Origin: Eledone cirrhosa
Lineage: Eukaryota
Length of the DNA: 64,000 bases
NCBI GenBank assembly: GCA_964016885.1
Contig: OZ024742.1
Location: forward strand, 219,976,001-220,040,000
Direction of reading: 5' to 3'
Shown here: positions 38,593-50,520 of the stretch, piece after piece
Position numbering within the stretch: position 1 is the first letter of the stretch
Layout of the letters: each line of letters opens with the position of its first letter
Position numbers and translations under genes: made by a program
Notes under the pieces: model-generated
The model's input: the letters and a program-made list of their open reading frames with translations, nothing else
Database searches by the model: none
Told to the model about the DNA's origin: nothing

Positions 38593-39458
38593 TATATATA
38601 TATGTATCTATATATACACACACACATGTACATATGTTTGTGTTTATGTTTATAGTTTTTGTTGGGTTCCTTTATAATTTGTAACTTAGTGAATTCATAA
38701 ATTGAAAATGATAACATAAATACCAGACTAAAATGTCTACTGGGGGTGATATGATCAGCTAAACATTTGATGGTTGTATTGCGGCATGGCTAGAGTTCAA
38801 TAACTAAAACCAGTAAAAGAGGAAAAATATATATTCTCAGCCAATTATAAAGCAATTTTTCTGAAATGCAGCTACCAGCATGTCATTATAATACTCAGCA
38901 GGACATATAGAACATATTCTCGTCATTATACTCTTTTTACTATTCTAGAACTTTTTTTTCTTTCGCAATCTTTGACATTTTCTCACATCGAAAATATCTA
39001 AAAATATATTTATTCTATGTCTTGACTATCCATATCATATTTGTTCTTTTTAAAGTGACAAAACATATATCTTATCTCTTCTGCTCATCATTAATATTAG
39101 TATCTCTTGGTGTTGAGAATTTGATTCCATTAAATCTATTTGCATTCTAAGATGTCTGTATAAGCTTTTTTCTAAACTTAATAGAAGGCTGATAATAAGG
39201 CCATAGGAATTGGAGTGCAACTGGGTTCTAGAGTCCTTGTTGTTGATCTGTTTTTCCTTTAATGATGTTTCCTTCTGTAAGCATCCTCCTTACTGATACT
39301 TTTAACGAAGTCACATTCAATATGGCATTTTCTCCCCCAACAAAGATGAGTGGTGAGATGTATCAACTGTTCACAAAGAAGTTTCAATATCAAATATTTT
39401 GATTGTTTATTTTAATTTTTCCTTGTGTATGTATGTATGTATGTATGTATATGTATGC

Positions 39459-39494
<36 letters not shown>

Positions 39495-39523
39495 GTATGC
39501 ATATATATATATATATATATGTA

Positions 39524-39554
<31 letters not shown>

Positions 39555-39557
<3 letters not shown>

Positions 39558-40346
39558 TAGGAACGAATCTTGCATGCTCCGCTGGATGTGTAATAGTAAA
39601 CGAACTAAGGAAAAAATTAGAAATAAGAGGGATCAGATGTTGTTTACTCGAGAGAAGGCTACGTTGGTATGGTCACGTGATGCGCATGAAAGATGATAGC
39701 TGTATAACAAAGTGCAAGGCAATAAAGATAGATGGTAGCCACGGAATAGGCAGACCCAGAAAAACCTGGGACGAGCTGATAAATTCCGACCTCACACACT
39801 TACACCTTTGGCGATACTCAATAATAGAGAAGACCCGCCTTACCTAAATACAAAGTAAAACCTACTACAGTCAGTAGGCATCTCTAACAAAATACACCCC
39901 CGTCCCACCACCCCCACCCCATCCACACCACCCCTTTCAATGTAAAGTTATGTTGGTGCCACAACATCCAGGCCGAAACAAATGAGATCGTGTAGGTGTC
40001 ACGACAAAAAAAACACACAGTCCACGCTGTAATGTGGCCGTGTAGGCAACACAGTAAAAACCTCCCAGCCCCATACTGTAAATGTGGTTGGTGTTAGGAA
40101 GGGCATCCAGCTGTAGAAAACCCGCCAGACAGTCCACGCTGTAATGTGGCCATGTAGGCAACACGGTAAAAACCTCCCAGCCCCACACTGTAAATGTGGT
40201 TGGTGTTAGGAAGGGCATCCAGCTGTAGAAAACCCGCCAGACAGTCCTATGCGAGCAAGACAATCACTCTTGCCTCAAGTGGGAAAACCCCCGTCCAAAC
40301 CCATGCAAGCGTGGAACACGGACGTTAAACGTTGATGATGATGATG

Positions 40347-40350
<4 letters not shown>
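39555..40350 (+). mobile_element. RTE family 1, 3' fragment
   Basis: Close match to 44597-45335, with deletions and an internal duplication of about 120 bp in the 3'UTR. Confidence 0.9.
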
Positions 40351-40401
<51 letters not shown>

Positions 40402-40418
40402 TTAAATATAAATAAATA

Positions 40419-40536
<118 letters not shown>

Positions 40537-40572
40537 TACATATATATATATGCATATATATATATATATGCA

Positions 40573-41499
40573 TTATGTGGTTGATTATGCTGATTGGGAG
40601 GAAAAATACTGTATATATTCTATCAAATGATTCTATGGACTTATTTTCTTATATATTGCTCTGATTGTTGATTGTTTAATTAATTATTTCGTCATTGAGC
40701 CACACCGTGAATGGTTGCCAAAAACTCATATATATATATCTATGGCTCTGTCTAGTTTATGTATATGTAAACTTCTATATTTTATATACTCCCGTAAGGT
40801 TGAGTAAAACTTTAGGCAGTATTCGGCTGTGCTTTCTAGCAACCAGCCCACTCGCCGTCAGGCACCAATCACAAGCTTTCTGACTTGACCACTGGCCATG
40901 TGACAATTCTTAGCCATTTTGAATTCGTTTCTGGCGGGGATCATTTAAGAAAAATCTTTGTCCAATTGAGTTTGTTTCCTGATGATTTCGAAACTCGTTG
41001 ATTTATCCATGATCGGATATTTCCAAAAAGCGAATGAAACCTCTTGGGGTAGAAACATAATTTTGGTATGTTTATATACATTTTTTCTTCTAACTTTGAT
41101 TTTGTACCTAATAGTGTATGGTTAGCTATATGTCTTGTCAATTTCTACGGGCTATTAGAAATACTAGGTAAATATTCTGTGGCTGTGGATCGCAGATAAA
41201 ATAGATATCATTTATTTATCTATTGTTTCTTCATAGGTACATTTTAAACTTATAGCCTCGTTTAATTGATTTTTTATGTGGTTGATTATGCTGATTGGGA
41301 GGAAAAATACTGTATATATTCTATCAAATGATTCTATGGACTTACTTTCTTATATATTGCTCTGATTGTTGATTGTTGATTGTTGATTATTTAATTAATT
41401 ACTTCGTCATTGAGCCACACCGTGAATGGTTGCCAAAAACACATATATATATATATATCTATGGCTCTGTCTAGTTTATGTATATGTAAACTTCTATAT
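40573..41499. repeat. Unit bounded by direct repeats of about 210 bp (40573-40780, 41274-41499)
   Basis: TTATGTGGTTGATTATGCTGATTGGGAGG...GTAAACTTCTATAT occurs twice around a unique interior of about 490 bp. Flanked by (TA)n. Confidence 0.85.
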
Positions 41500-41508
41500 A
41501 TATATATA

Positions 41509-41552
<44 letters not shown>

Positions 41553-41616
41553 TATATATATATATATGCATATATACATATATATATATATATATACCCA
41601 ACACCCCTCCCTCCCG

Positions 41617-44600
41617 TCCCCACGCACCACCATTATTATTACGTGGACCAATCATAAGCCAGAGGCCTATACTATCGCTTGCCTGGTTGCCTTTCGATAT
41701 ATGATGGATGGATGGACTACGGAATTCTAGAGAGTGGAAGAGAGAAAAATCTGGACGCTCAGCGACAATGCCAAAGATAAAGACAAATTCACCTCGTGGA
41801 CGAGAATGCGAGCACTCCTCTTTGTTTCGGTCGCGGATGGCTAACATAACCCCATCCCCGCGCTCCCCACCGCTCCCACCCTCCAAACGCAATCCAAAAC
41901 TTCAGAGTTGGTACCATAAATGTAGGCACCTTAAAGGGTCGCTCTAACGAGGTTGTAGAAATGCTCGAACGTAAGGAGGTCGATGTTTGTTGTATTCAAG
42001 AGACCAGGTGGAGGTCGATGTTTGTTGTATTCAAGAGACCAGGTGGGTCTGCTAGATTCATTGAGGGTAAAAAACGATGCTATAAGCTTTTCTGGGTGGG
42101 AAATGACGATGGGCTGGGTGGAGTAGGAATCATGGTAGCAGAAAAGTGGGCAGATAAGATAATAGACGTAAATAGAGTGAACGACAGAATAATTAAAATA
42201 AGACTTGTCCTCAATAGAACTACGGTGACAGTAATATCTGCGTACGCACCCCAATCCGGACTGCCCGGCACTATAAAAGACAGATTCTATGAGACACTGA
42301 TGCTCACTACCTCCCAAATAACCGACAGTGACTATATAATTATTGCAGGCGACCTAAATGGTCACGTTGGACAACATTGTGACGGCTACGACGAAATCCA
42401 TGGTGGCTATCGGTTTGGTACTAGAAATGAGGAAGGCTCCAGAATCCTGGAATTCTGTGATGCACATAACCTAACTATCTGTAACACTAACTTCAAAAAA
42501 CGTGACAATCACCTGATCACCTATAGATCCGGGGAACACACAAGCCAGGTAGATTATATCCTTACCAGAAGACGTGACAGAGTGTCTGTTGTAAACACTA
42601 AATCCCTCCCCCATGAAGAATGCACCTCCCAACATAGACTGATAATTAGCGACCTCATAGTCAGGACGGGATGTACTCGACAGCAGAAGAGGACTATCCT
42701 CAGGAGAAAAATATGGAAGCTAAAGGACCCCACAGCCAGAAATAAATTTCAAAGCATATTACTTGATGCTTTCGACAGTAAGGAAGAGCATTTAGAGTCG
42801 GACAATATAGAGGGACAGTGGGAATTCCTGAAAGCAAACCTGCTGATGGCGGCAGATGAAGTCTGTGGCTGGAGCAGGCCTGTAGGCAGGAGGAGAGTAA
42901 CATGGTGGTCGAACAGTAAGGTGGAGGGGTCAATTAAGGCCAAAAAGCAGGCTTGGAAAGTATGGCGGGATGGGGAAAGTAGAGAAGACTATCAAGTGGC
43001 CAGGAGGGAAGCTAGGAGACAAGTGTACTTCGCAAGAAGGGAAGCAGAGGAAAGAAAGTTCAAGCGTGTTCTACAACGCGAGGACCAAAAACGTGAGGTG
43101 TTCAGGATTGCTAGGCAATGTGTCAAGGAAAACCGTGATATTGTCGGGGAGAAGTGTGTACTTAATGATGACGGCGTACTTGCCATCACCGACGCTGATA
43201 AGAAGGTAGCTTGGAAGTGTCACTACGAAAGGCTACTAAATGAGGAGAATAAATGGGAGAAAGACAGTCTCCCCAACATCGACCCAATAGAGGGACCAGC
43301 AGTGTTAGTCGAGGGTAGTATAATAAGTAAGGCAATCAAGGATATGCAGACGGGTAAGGTGGCTGGGCCTTCGGAAATAGTTGCCGAGATGCTGAAGGCA
43401 TCTGGCACGGTGGGACACACCATGGTCACCCGGATAGTTAACCAAGTCATACAGAATGGGGTTGTTCAGAAGGACTGGCATAGCAGCATCATCGTTAACT
43501 GTTATAAGGATAAAGGAGATGCCCTAGATAGGAGTAACTATAGAGGCATTAAATTAATCGACCAGGTCATGAAGGTCACGGAAAAAGTAATAGCGCAACT
43601 AATCAGAGAGAGAATTGACCTAGATGAAATGCAGTTCGGTTTTGTGTCAGGCAAAAGTACCACAGACGCTCTTTTCATTGTACGACAACTACAGGAGAAG
43701 TACCTAGCTAAAAGTAAACCCCTCTACTTAGCTTTTGTCGACTTGGAGAAAGCCTTCGACAGAGTCCCCCGTTCCATTATCTGGTGGGCCCTTAGAAAAC
43801 TAGGTGTTGACGAATGGCTTGTGAGAGCTATAAAGAAACAGTCAGCAAGGTTAGAATTAACAACGAATATAGTGAAGAGTTTAGCGTAAAAGTTGGCGTC
43901 CATCAGGGCTCTGTTCTCAGCCCCCTACTATTTATTATTGGCCTTCAGTCTATAACAGAGGAGTTCAAGACTGGCTGCCCATGGGAACACCTATACGCAG
44001 ACGACCTAACACTCATAGCTGAATCAATGGCCGAGCTAGAGAAGAAATGGAAGCACGGCCTAGAATCAAAAGGCCTTAAAATTAATCTGGCTAAGACCAA
44101 AGTTCTAGTTTGTAGGAAAGAAAATAAGCCGGCGGTCCCTTCCGGGAAGTGGCCATGCTCAGTGTGTAGGAAAGGCGTAGGTAGAAACTCCATTTTGTGT
44201 CAGAAATGCAAAGTATGGGTGCATAAAAGATGTAGTGGGATCACAGGTAAGCTAACTAAGAACATAGATTTTACATGTGGCCGGTGCTCTGGTGCAATAA
44301 GTAGCAGCAAGTGCCCACAAAACACTAGCTCTTTCAACTGCGCAGAGGGCTCTATAGAAATAGTGGACAGCTTCCGTTACCTGGGTGACAAAATCAGCAG
44401 TGGGGGAGGGTGCTCTGAAAGAACAGTAGCTAGAGTCAGAACTGGATGGAAAAAGTTCAGAGAGCTTATACCACTATTAGCCGCTAAAGGGTTCTCCCTA
44501 AAAATGAAAGGAAGGTTGTATGATGCCTGCATACGAACAGCAATGTTGCATGGCAGTGAGACCTGGGCATTGTGTGCAGAGGATATACGCAGACTAGAGA

Positions 44601-45335
44601 GGAACGAAACTTGCATGCTCTGCTGGATGTGTAATAGTAATATACGTGAACGGCAAAGCATAAGCGAACTAAGGAAAAAATTAGAAATAAGAGGGATCAG
44701 ATGTTGTTTACTCGAGAGAAGGCTACATTGGTATGGACACGTGATGCGCATGAAAGTCGATAGCTGTATAACAAAGTGCAGGGCAATAAAGATAGACGGT
44801 AGCCACGGAATAGGCAGACCTAGAAAAACCTGGGACGAGCTGATAAACTCCGACCTCACACACTTACACCTCTCCAAGACAATGTCACTGGACCGAGACC
44901 TTTGGCGGTACTCAGTAATAGAGAAGACCCGCCTTACCTAAATACATAGTAAAACCTACTACAGTCAGTAGGCATCTCTAACAAAATACACCCCCGTCCC
45001 ACCACCCCCACCCCATCCACACCGCCCCCTTCTATGTAAAGTCATGTTGGTGCCACACCATCCAGGCCGAAACAAATGAGATCGTGTAGGTGTCACGACA
45101 AAAAAACACACAGTACACGCTGTAATGTGGCCGTGTAGGCAACACGGTAAAAACCTCCCAGACCCACACTGTAAATGTGGTTGGTGTTAGGAAGGGCATC
45201 CAACTGTAGAAAACCTGCCAGACAGTCCTATGCGAGCAAGATAATCACTCTTGCCTCAAGTGGGAAAATCCCCGTCCAAACCCATGCAAGCGTGGAACAC
45301 AGACGTTAAACGTTGATGATGATGATGATGATGAT
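41617..45335 (+). mobile_element. Near full-length RTE LINE (family 1): 5'UTR, APE endonuclease, RT with PHD finger, 3'UTR, (GAT)n tail
   Basis: APE: RVGTINVGTL, CIQETRW, AYAPQ, GDLNGHVG, QVDYIL, SQHR. RT: NYRGIKL, QFGF, FVDLEKAFDRVP, GVHQGSVLSPLLF, YADDL, FRYLG. One frameshift near 43830. Confidence 0.95.
41900..44941 (+). pseudogene. RTE ORF (APE-RT) split by a single frameshifting deletion
   Basis: ORFs 41961-43889 and 43814-44941 are consecutive parts of one protein (…WLVRAI / YKETVSKVRIN…). Confidence 0.9.
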
Positions 45336-45466
45336 GCATATGTATATATATATGCATATATATATGCATATATATATATATATATATAATGAAGGAAATG
45401 TGGTAAGGAACCAGGTGGACCATAACGCACCAAAGTACTCAATACTTAGGGTAGAGTGGGTAATAC

Positions 45467-45579
45467 GAACAAGTAAGACCCTGACGGCTGAGCTCAAGCT
45501 GTTTCGAATTAGCCGTCGAAACGGCTTGAGCTCAGCCGTCGAAACGGCTTGAGCTCAGCCGTCGGGGTCTTACTTGTTC
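45467..45579. repeat. 41-bp GC-rich inverted repeat with internal 23-bp tandem duplication
   Basis: 45467-45507 pairs with 45539-45579 (two G-T). AGCCGTCGAAACGGCTTGAGCTC is repeated at 45511 and 45534. Confidence 0.9.
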
Positions 45580-45755
45580 CTATATATATATATATATATG
45601 TGCATATATATATGCATATATATATGCATATATATATATATGCATATATATATATATGCATATATATATATATATGCATATATATATATATATATGCATA
45701 TATATATATATATGCATATATATATGCATATATATATATATGCATATACATATAT

Positions 45756-46093
45756 ATCATCATCATCATTTTATGTCCGCTTTTCCCTGCTTGCAAGGGC
45801 GGGACGGGAACTCATTCTGGCTTGATTTCTACAGCTGGATGCCCTTCCTAACACCAACCTCATTTACAGTGAGTGCTGGGTGCTTTTTTGCCGTCGGACC
45901 TCCACGACCACTTGCAGTGGAATGATAGGGACCCCAGTCCCTATCATCTCATTTCTACAGGAGCAATGTAAACTGGAGCAATGTGAAATAAAGTGTCTTG
46001 CTCAAGGAAACAACACATCACCCGGTCTGAGAATTGAACTCACAACCTTTCGATTGCAAGGCCAATGCTCTAACCAATAAGTCATGTGCTTCC
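45756..46093 (-). mobile_element. Family A CORE-type SINE, full length
   Basis: Reverse complement of 37271-37592 with a small internal rearrangement near 45960. Confidence 0.88.
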
Positions 46094-46481
46094 ATATATA
46101 TATATGAATTTCTGGCATATTTTAGCAGTAAATTTTGGTTATCGTGTTCTCAGCTCTACTGATGAATGACTACAACCGTGACTAACCCAACTGAAAAGTT
46201 TCGTGAAATAGTCGTTTTAAAACTATATAGAGCATTTGTAGAATTTTCCAAATTGAAGGATAAGTATTAACCCTTAATTTTATACTGAGTTAAGAATCTA
46301 TTGGTTTTTTCCCTGGATTTCACAAAATCTGTGGATAACATTTCTGTCTTGACTTTTTTTGAATTGAGATTGAATTATTTTCCCATATCTTATGTTAAAT
46401 ATTTTCCATCTTGACGTTATAGTCACTTATATATTATGAATTACTGTTGGCTTCTTGCTCACATTAATTTCTCTATTTTCA

Positions 46482-46668
46482 GGGCGGTGGATTGGCAGTA
46501 TCGGTAGAGGGTCGGACGTCATGCTTTGACGCATAGAGTTACGGCCCTTGCCATTCTGAGTTCAAATCTCGCCGAGGTTAACTTTGCCTTTCATCCTTAC
46601 GGGGTCGATAAAATAAAGTACCAGTAATACACTGGGTAATTGCTGGCCTTGTGCCTAATGTAGAAATA
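46482..46668 (+). mobile_element. SINE family B, young full-length copy
   Basis: 19-bp TSD ATTAATTTCTCTATTTTCA (46463-46481, 46669-46687). A and B boxes present. Confidence 0.92.
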
Positions 46669-46689
46669 ATTAATTTCTCTATTTTCATT

Positions 46690-46720
<31 letters not shown>

Positions 46721-46851
46721 GTGAGGTTTTTTTTACAAAATGAAAAATAACCGAGGTGTCCTACACGAGTGGAAGTATAAAGAAAAAGAGATGAAATCGA
46801 AAATGCAACTGAAGTCTTATTTTTTAAAAAAATATATATATTTATTTGGTT

Positions 46852-46889
46852 CCTTTACCGGTTTCGCAGTTCTTCTGCTTTTCAAAAGG
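46852..46889 (-). ncRNA. Minimal type I hammerhead ribozyme, U3-A8 variant (sense strand of the PLE)
   Basis: Minus strand CCTT-TTGAAAA-GCAG-aagaa-CTGC-GAAA-CCGG-TA-AAGG. Confidence 0.82.
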
Positions 46890-47403
46890 TGAGTTGAGAT
46901 GGAGGGTCTGTGGTTTTTCTCACATCTGGTTGGTCTCTAAATGTTACTTGTTTTATATGGAAAAAGTGGCTCGAAAGCCAGGTTTTTCGAGAAGTAATTT
47001 GATTGGTTTGTCAATAATTATAATAAATTTCGCGCCAGTTCGCGTTACAATAGTTCTTCAAATAAGAGAGGGGGGGGGGGTTGTCACAGGTTGTTTTTTC
47101 ATATATGAGTGTTTGAATTTCTTTTTACTTGAAAAAATGAGGCTCACAAAGGCTTTTTTGGGGTTGGTTATAAATGAAATTTGGCTGTCACGTGAACAAG
47201 TTTTCATTACATTTTTGCGCCCTTATTTGGAAAACTATTCTGTAGTCTTTATAGTGAATGTTATGACAATGGAGAGATAGTGGTCAAGGGAAAAGGGATT
47301 GGGAGAAATGTTCTGGTTCAGTGAATATGGCCAGCTGTCAGAGTTCAGGTGTCAGAGTTCAGATTTTCTATTGAGACTGAAGATATGTGTTTATTTGTGT
47401 GCT

Positions 47404-47434
<31 letters not shown>

Positions 47435-48299
47435 ATGTGTGTATTGGAAGATGATTCTATTAGTAGAGATGGGGGAGGGAGTTGTGTGTGTGTGTATATG
47501 GGTGTTATGTGTGTGTGTGCGAGTATGTTAAGATGGAGAGAATATATATTTTGTGTGTGTGTATATATATATATGTGTGTAGGAAAGTGGTTCTATTAGT
47601 AGAAATGGGGAGGGAGTTGTAGGTGTGGGGGTTGTTATGTGTGTGTATGGGTGTTATGTGTGTGGGAGTATGGTTAGCATGTTAAGATGAAGAGAATATA
47701 TATATATATATATTGTGTGTGTGTGTATGGGTGTTATGTGTGTGGGAGTATGGTTAGCATGTTAAGATGAAGAGAATATATATATATATATATTGTGTGT
47801 GTGTATGTGTGTGTGTAGGAAAGTGATTCCTTTAGTAGGAAGATGATTCTATTAGTAGAGATGGGGGAGGGAGTTGTGTGTGTGTGTATATGGGTGTTAT
47901 GTGTGTGTGTGCGAGTATGTTAAGATGGAGAGAATATATATTTTGTGTGTGTGTATATATATATGTGTGTAGGAAAGAGGTTCTATTAGTAGAAATGGGG
48001 AGGGAGTTGTAGGTGTGGGGGTTGTTATGTGTGTGGGAGTATGGTTAGCATGTTAAGATGAAGAGAATATATATATATATATATATATTGTGTGTGTATG
48101 TATGTGTGTGTGTAGGAAAGTGATTCCTTTAGTAGGAATATTTTTGAATGAACATATTTTCCTGACTTTTTCGTGTTTGCTGTTGTATTGCCAGTGCAAA
48201 CGTATGTTAAGGTTTATTTAGTTCGGGTTTTTATTTTCTAAAGTAGAAGGTGTTATGTGTGTGTGTGTATGTCATATTGTGGTGTTGACATAATGTATA

Positions 48300-49484
48300 T
48301 TAAACCTTATTTAATGTTGGTCTATATTTTTGAATAAAGATATTTTCCTTATTTATTCGCATTTGTTCTGTTGTATTGTTAGCGCAAAGGTAAAATGGGA
48401 AGACTTGGAATTTGGGTGTCTTATTACTTGCGCAAATGTCTAGATGTGCACTTAGTGGTATCTGTCTCGTGGTTGGATCTCGTAATTGTTGGCGATGAAC
48501 TGTCATTCTGTTTCTGAGTGTGAGTTTAGTTTGTCCTATATAATCTTCATTGCATCCTTTACATTTAATGGCATAAACTAGATTTTTTGATGAGCAAGTG
48601 AAGTGATTTTTTACAGTAAAATTTTGTCCTGATTTAAATGTATACGTGTTGCCTTCAATGAGGTGAGTGCAGGTTCCACAATTAGAGCGACCACATTTTT
48701 TGATACTTGGTTGTGGGTTTGTGGTAGGTAATTTGGCATTGGTGAGTAATGTTTTCAGTGATTTTGGTTGTCTTTTGCTTTTGATTATTTTGTGTGTTTC
48801 AAGGGCTTTTTTCATTCTTGGGTTTTGTTTTAGTAGTGGGATGTTATTGTGAATAGTGTTGTAAGCTTCCGCATTTCTTGGGTTGTGTGTTGAGATATAT
48901 GATAGAATATTGGACGTACCTTGAATTTGTTTCTGTTTCCGTAATTCATCAATGCCTATTGCTTTAGCCCTTTCTATTCCATTATTTATTAGTAATGGTG
49001 GGTACTCTCTCTCAAGTAGAATTTCCTTTAATTCTTGAAGTCTTTTATTTCGCGTTTCATAATTGGAGACAATTGTGCAAATTCTTCTTGCTAGGTTAAA
49101 AGGAATGTTCGTCTTCATCTGCTTTGGATGGTTGGAGGCGAATAGCAGATATTGTTTGGAATCTGTTGGTTTGTAGTGTATGTCAGTTTCGATATTTGTG
49201 TCTTTTTTTGTGATTAAGATGTCCAGAAATGGGAGTTGATCTTGGCTGTATTCCATTGTGAATTGGATGTGGTTATTGATGCCGTTTATTAAATTTTTGA
49301 AATCCTTCAGTTGGTCGAGTGTGTGGGACCAAAGAATGAGGCAATCATCCAAGTAGCGTTTCCAATTCTCTGATAAATATTTGTGGAAGTTCAATCCGTA
49401 TTTTGATTTGGACTGTTCATATATCTGGACTTCTAAGTATGCCATGACTAAGTTGGCATAAGTTGGAGCGGCTTTTGTGCCCAT
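48300..49484 (-). CDS. Penelope-like RT (motif B onward) + Zn knuckle + GIY-YIG endonuclease, 5'-truncated
   Basis: MGTKAAPTYANL, WKRYLDD, LPFLDI, HYKPTD...SNHP, CGRSNCGTC (Cx4Cx2C), LVYAIKCKGC...YIGQT...R...H, ENIFI...LN. Confidence 0.9.
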   Translation of the reverse strand: MGTKAAPTYANLVMAYLEVQIYEQSKSKYGLNFHKYLSENWKRYLDDCLILWSHTLDQLKDFKNLINGINNHIQFTMEYSQDQLPFLDILITKKDTNIETDIHYKPTDSKQYLLFASNHPKQMKTNIPFNLARRICTIVSNYETRNKRLQELKEILLEREYPPLLINNGIERAKAIGIDELRKQKQIQGTSNILSYISTHNPRNAEAYNTIHNNIPLLKQNPRMKKALETHKIIKSKRQPKSLKTLLTNAKLPTTNPQPSIKKCGRSNCGTCTHLIEGNTYTFKSGQNFTVKNHFTCSSKNLVYAIKCKGCNEDYIGQTKLTLRNRMTVHRQQLRDPTTRQIPLSAHLDICASNKTPKFQVFPFYLCANNTTEQMRINKENIFIQKYRPTLNKV

Positions 49485-49762
49485 CGCATATATATATATA
49501 TTCTTTTCATCTTAACATGCTAACCATACTCCCACACACATAACACCCATACACACACATAACAACCCCCACACCTACAACTCCCTCCCCATTTCTACTA
49601 ATAGAACCACTTTCCTACACACATATATATATATACACACACACAAAATATATATTCTCTCCATCTTAACATACTCGCACACACACACATAACACCCATA
49701 TACACACACACACAACTCCCTCCCCCATCTCTACTAATAGAATCATCTTCCAACACACACAT

Positions 49763-49793
<31 letters not shown>

Positions 49794-50305
49794 AGCACAC
49801 AAATAAACACATATCTTCAGTCTCAATAGAAAATCTGAACTCTGACACCTGAACTCTGACAGCTGGCCATATTCACTGAACCAGAACATTTCTCCCAATC
49901 CCTTTTCCCTTGACCACTATCTCTCCATTGTCATAACATTCACTATAAAGACTACAGAATAGTTTTCCAAATAAGGGCGCAAAAATGTAATGAAAACTTG
50001 TTCACGTGACAGCCAAATTTCATTTATAACCAACCCCAAAAAAGCCTTTGTGAGCCTCATTTTTTCAAGTAAAAAGAAATTCAAACACTCATATATGAAA
50101 AAACAACCTGTGACACCCCCCCCCCTCTCTTATTTGAAGAACTATTGTAACGCGAACTGGCGCGAAATTTATTATAATTATTGACAAACCAATCAAATTA
50201 CTTCTCGAAAAACCTGGCTTTCGAGCCACTTTTTCCATATAAAACAAGTAACATTTAGAGACCAACCAGATGTGAGAAAAACCACAGACCCTCCATCTCA
50301 ACTCA

Positions 50306-50343
50306 CCTTTTGAAAAGCAGAAGAACTGCGAAACCGGTAAAGG
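50306..50343 (+). ncRNA. Minimal type I hammerhead ribozyme, U3-A8 variant (inverted pLTR copy)
   Basis: CCTT-TTGAAAA-GCAG-aagaa-CTGC-GAAA-CCGG-TA-AAGG. Confidence 0.82.
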
Positions 50344-50411
50344 AACCAAATAAATATATATATTTTTTTTAAAAATAAGACTTCCGTTGCATTTTCGATT
50401 TCATCTCTTTT

Positions 50412-50446
<35 letters not shown>

Positions 50447-50485
50447 GCATATATATATATATGTACCTTTCCGACGGAATTACTT

Positions 50486-50514
<29 letters not shown>

Positions 50515-50520
<6 letters not shown>

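Larger units (their letters stand above)
46700..50414 (-). mobile_element. Penelope-like element (Neptune-like) with 3' pseudo-LTR and inverted 5' pseudo-LTR
   Basis: ORF on the minus strand. About 46780-47710 and 49489-50414 are near-identical inverted repeats of about 930 bp, each holding a hammerhead motif. This is the characteristic PLE inverted-pLTR insertion structure. Confidence 0.92.

Noticed and set aside
44377-44877. Antisense ORFs over RTE/PLE/R4 coding regions (also 53316-53762, 37992-38388, 35023-35442)
   Set aside because: Shadow frames of element ORFs with no independent motifs.
46846-47280. 144-aa ORF and its mirror 50089-50349
   Set aside because: Lies antisense in the pLTR, is frameshifted between the two copies at the poly-G run, and has no recognisable domain.
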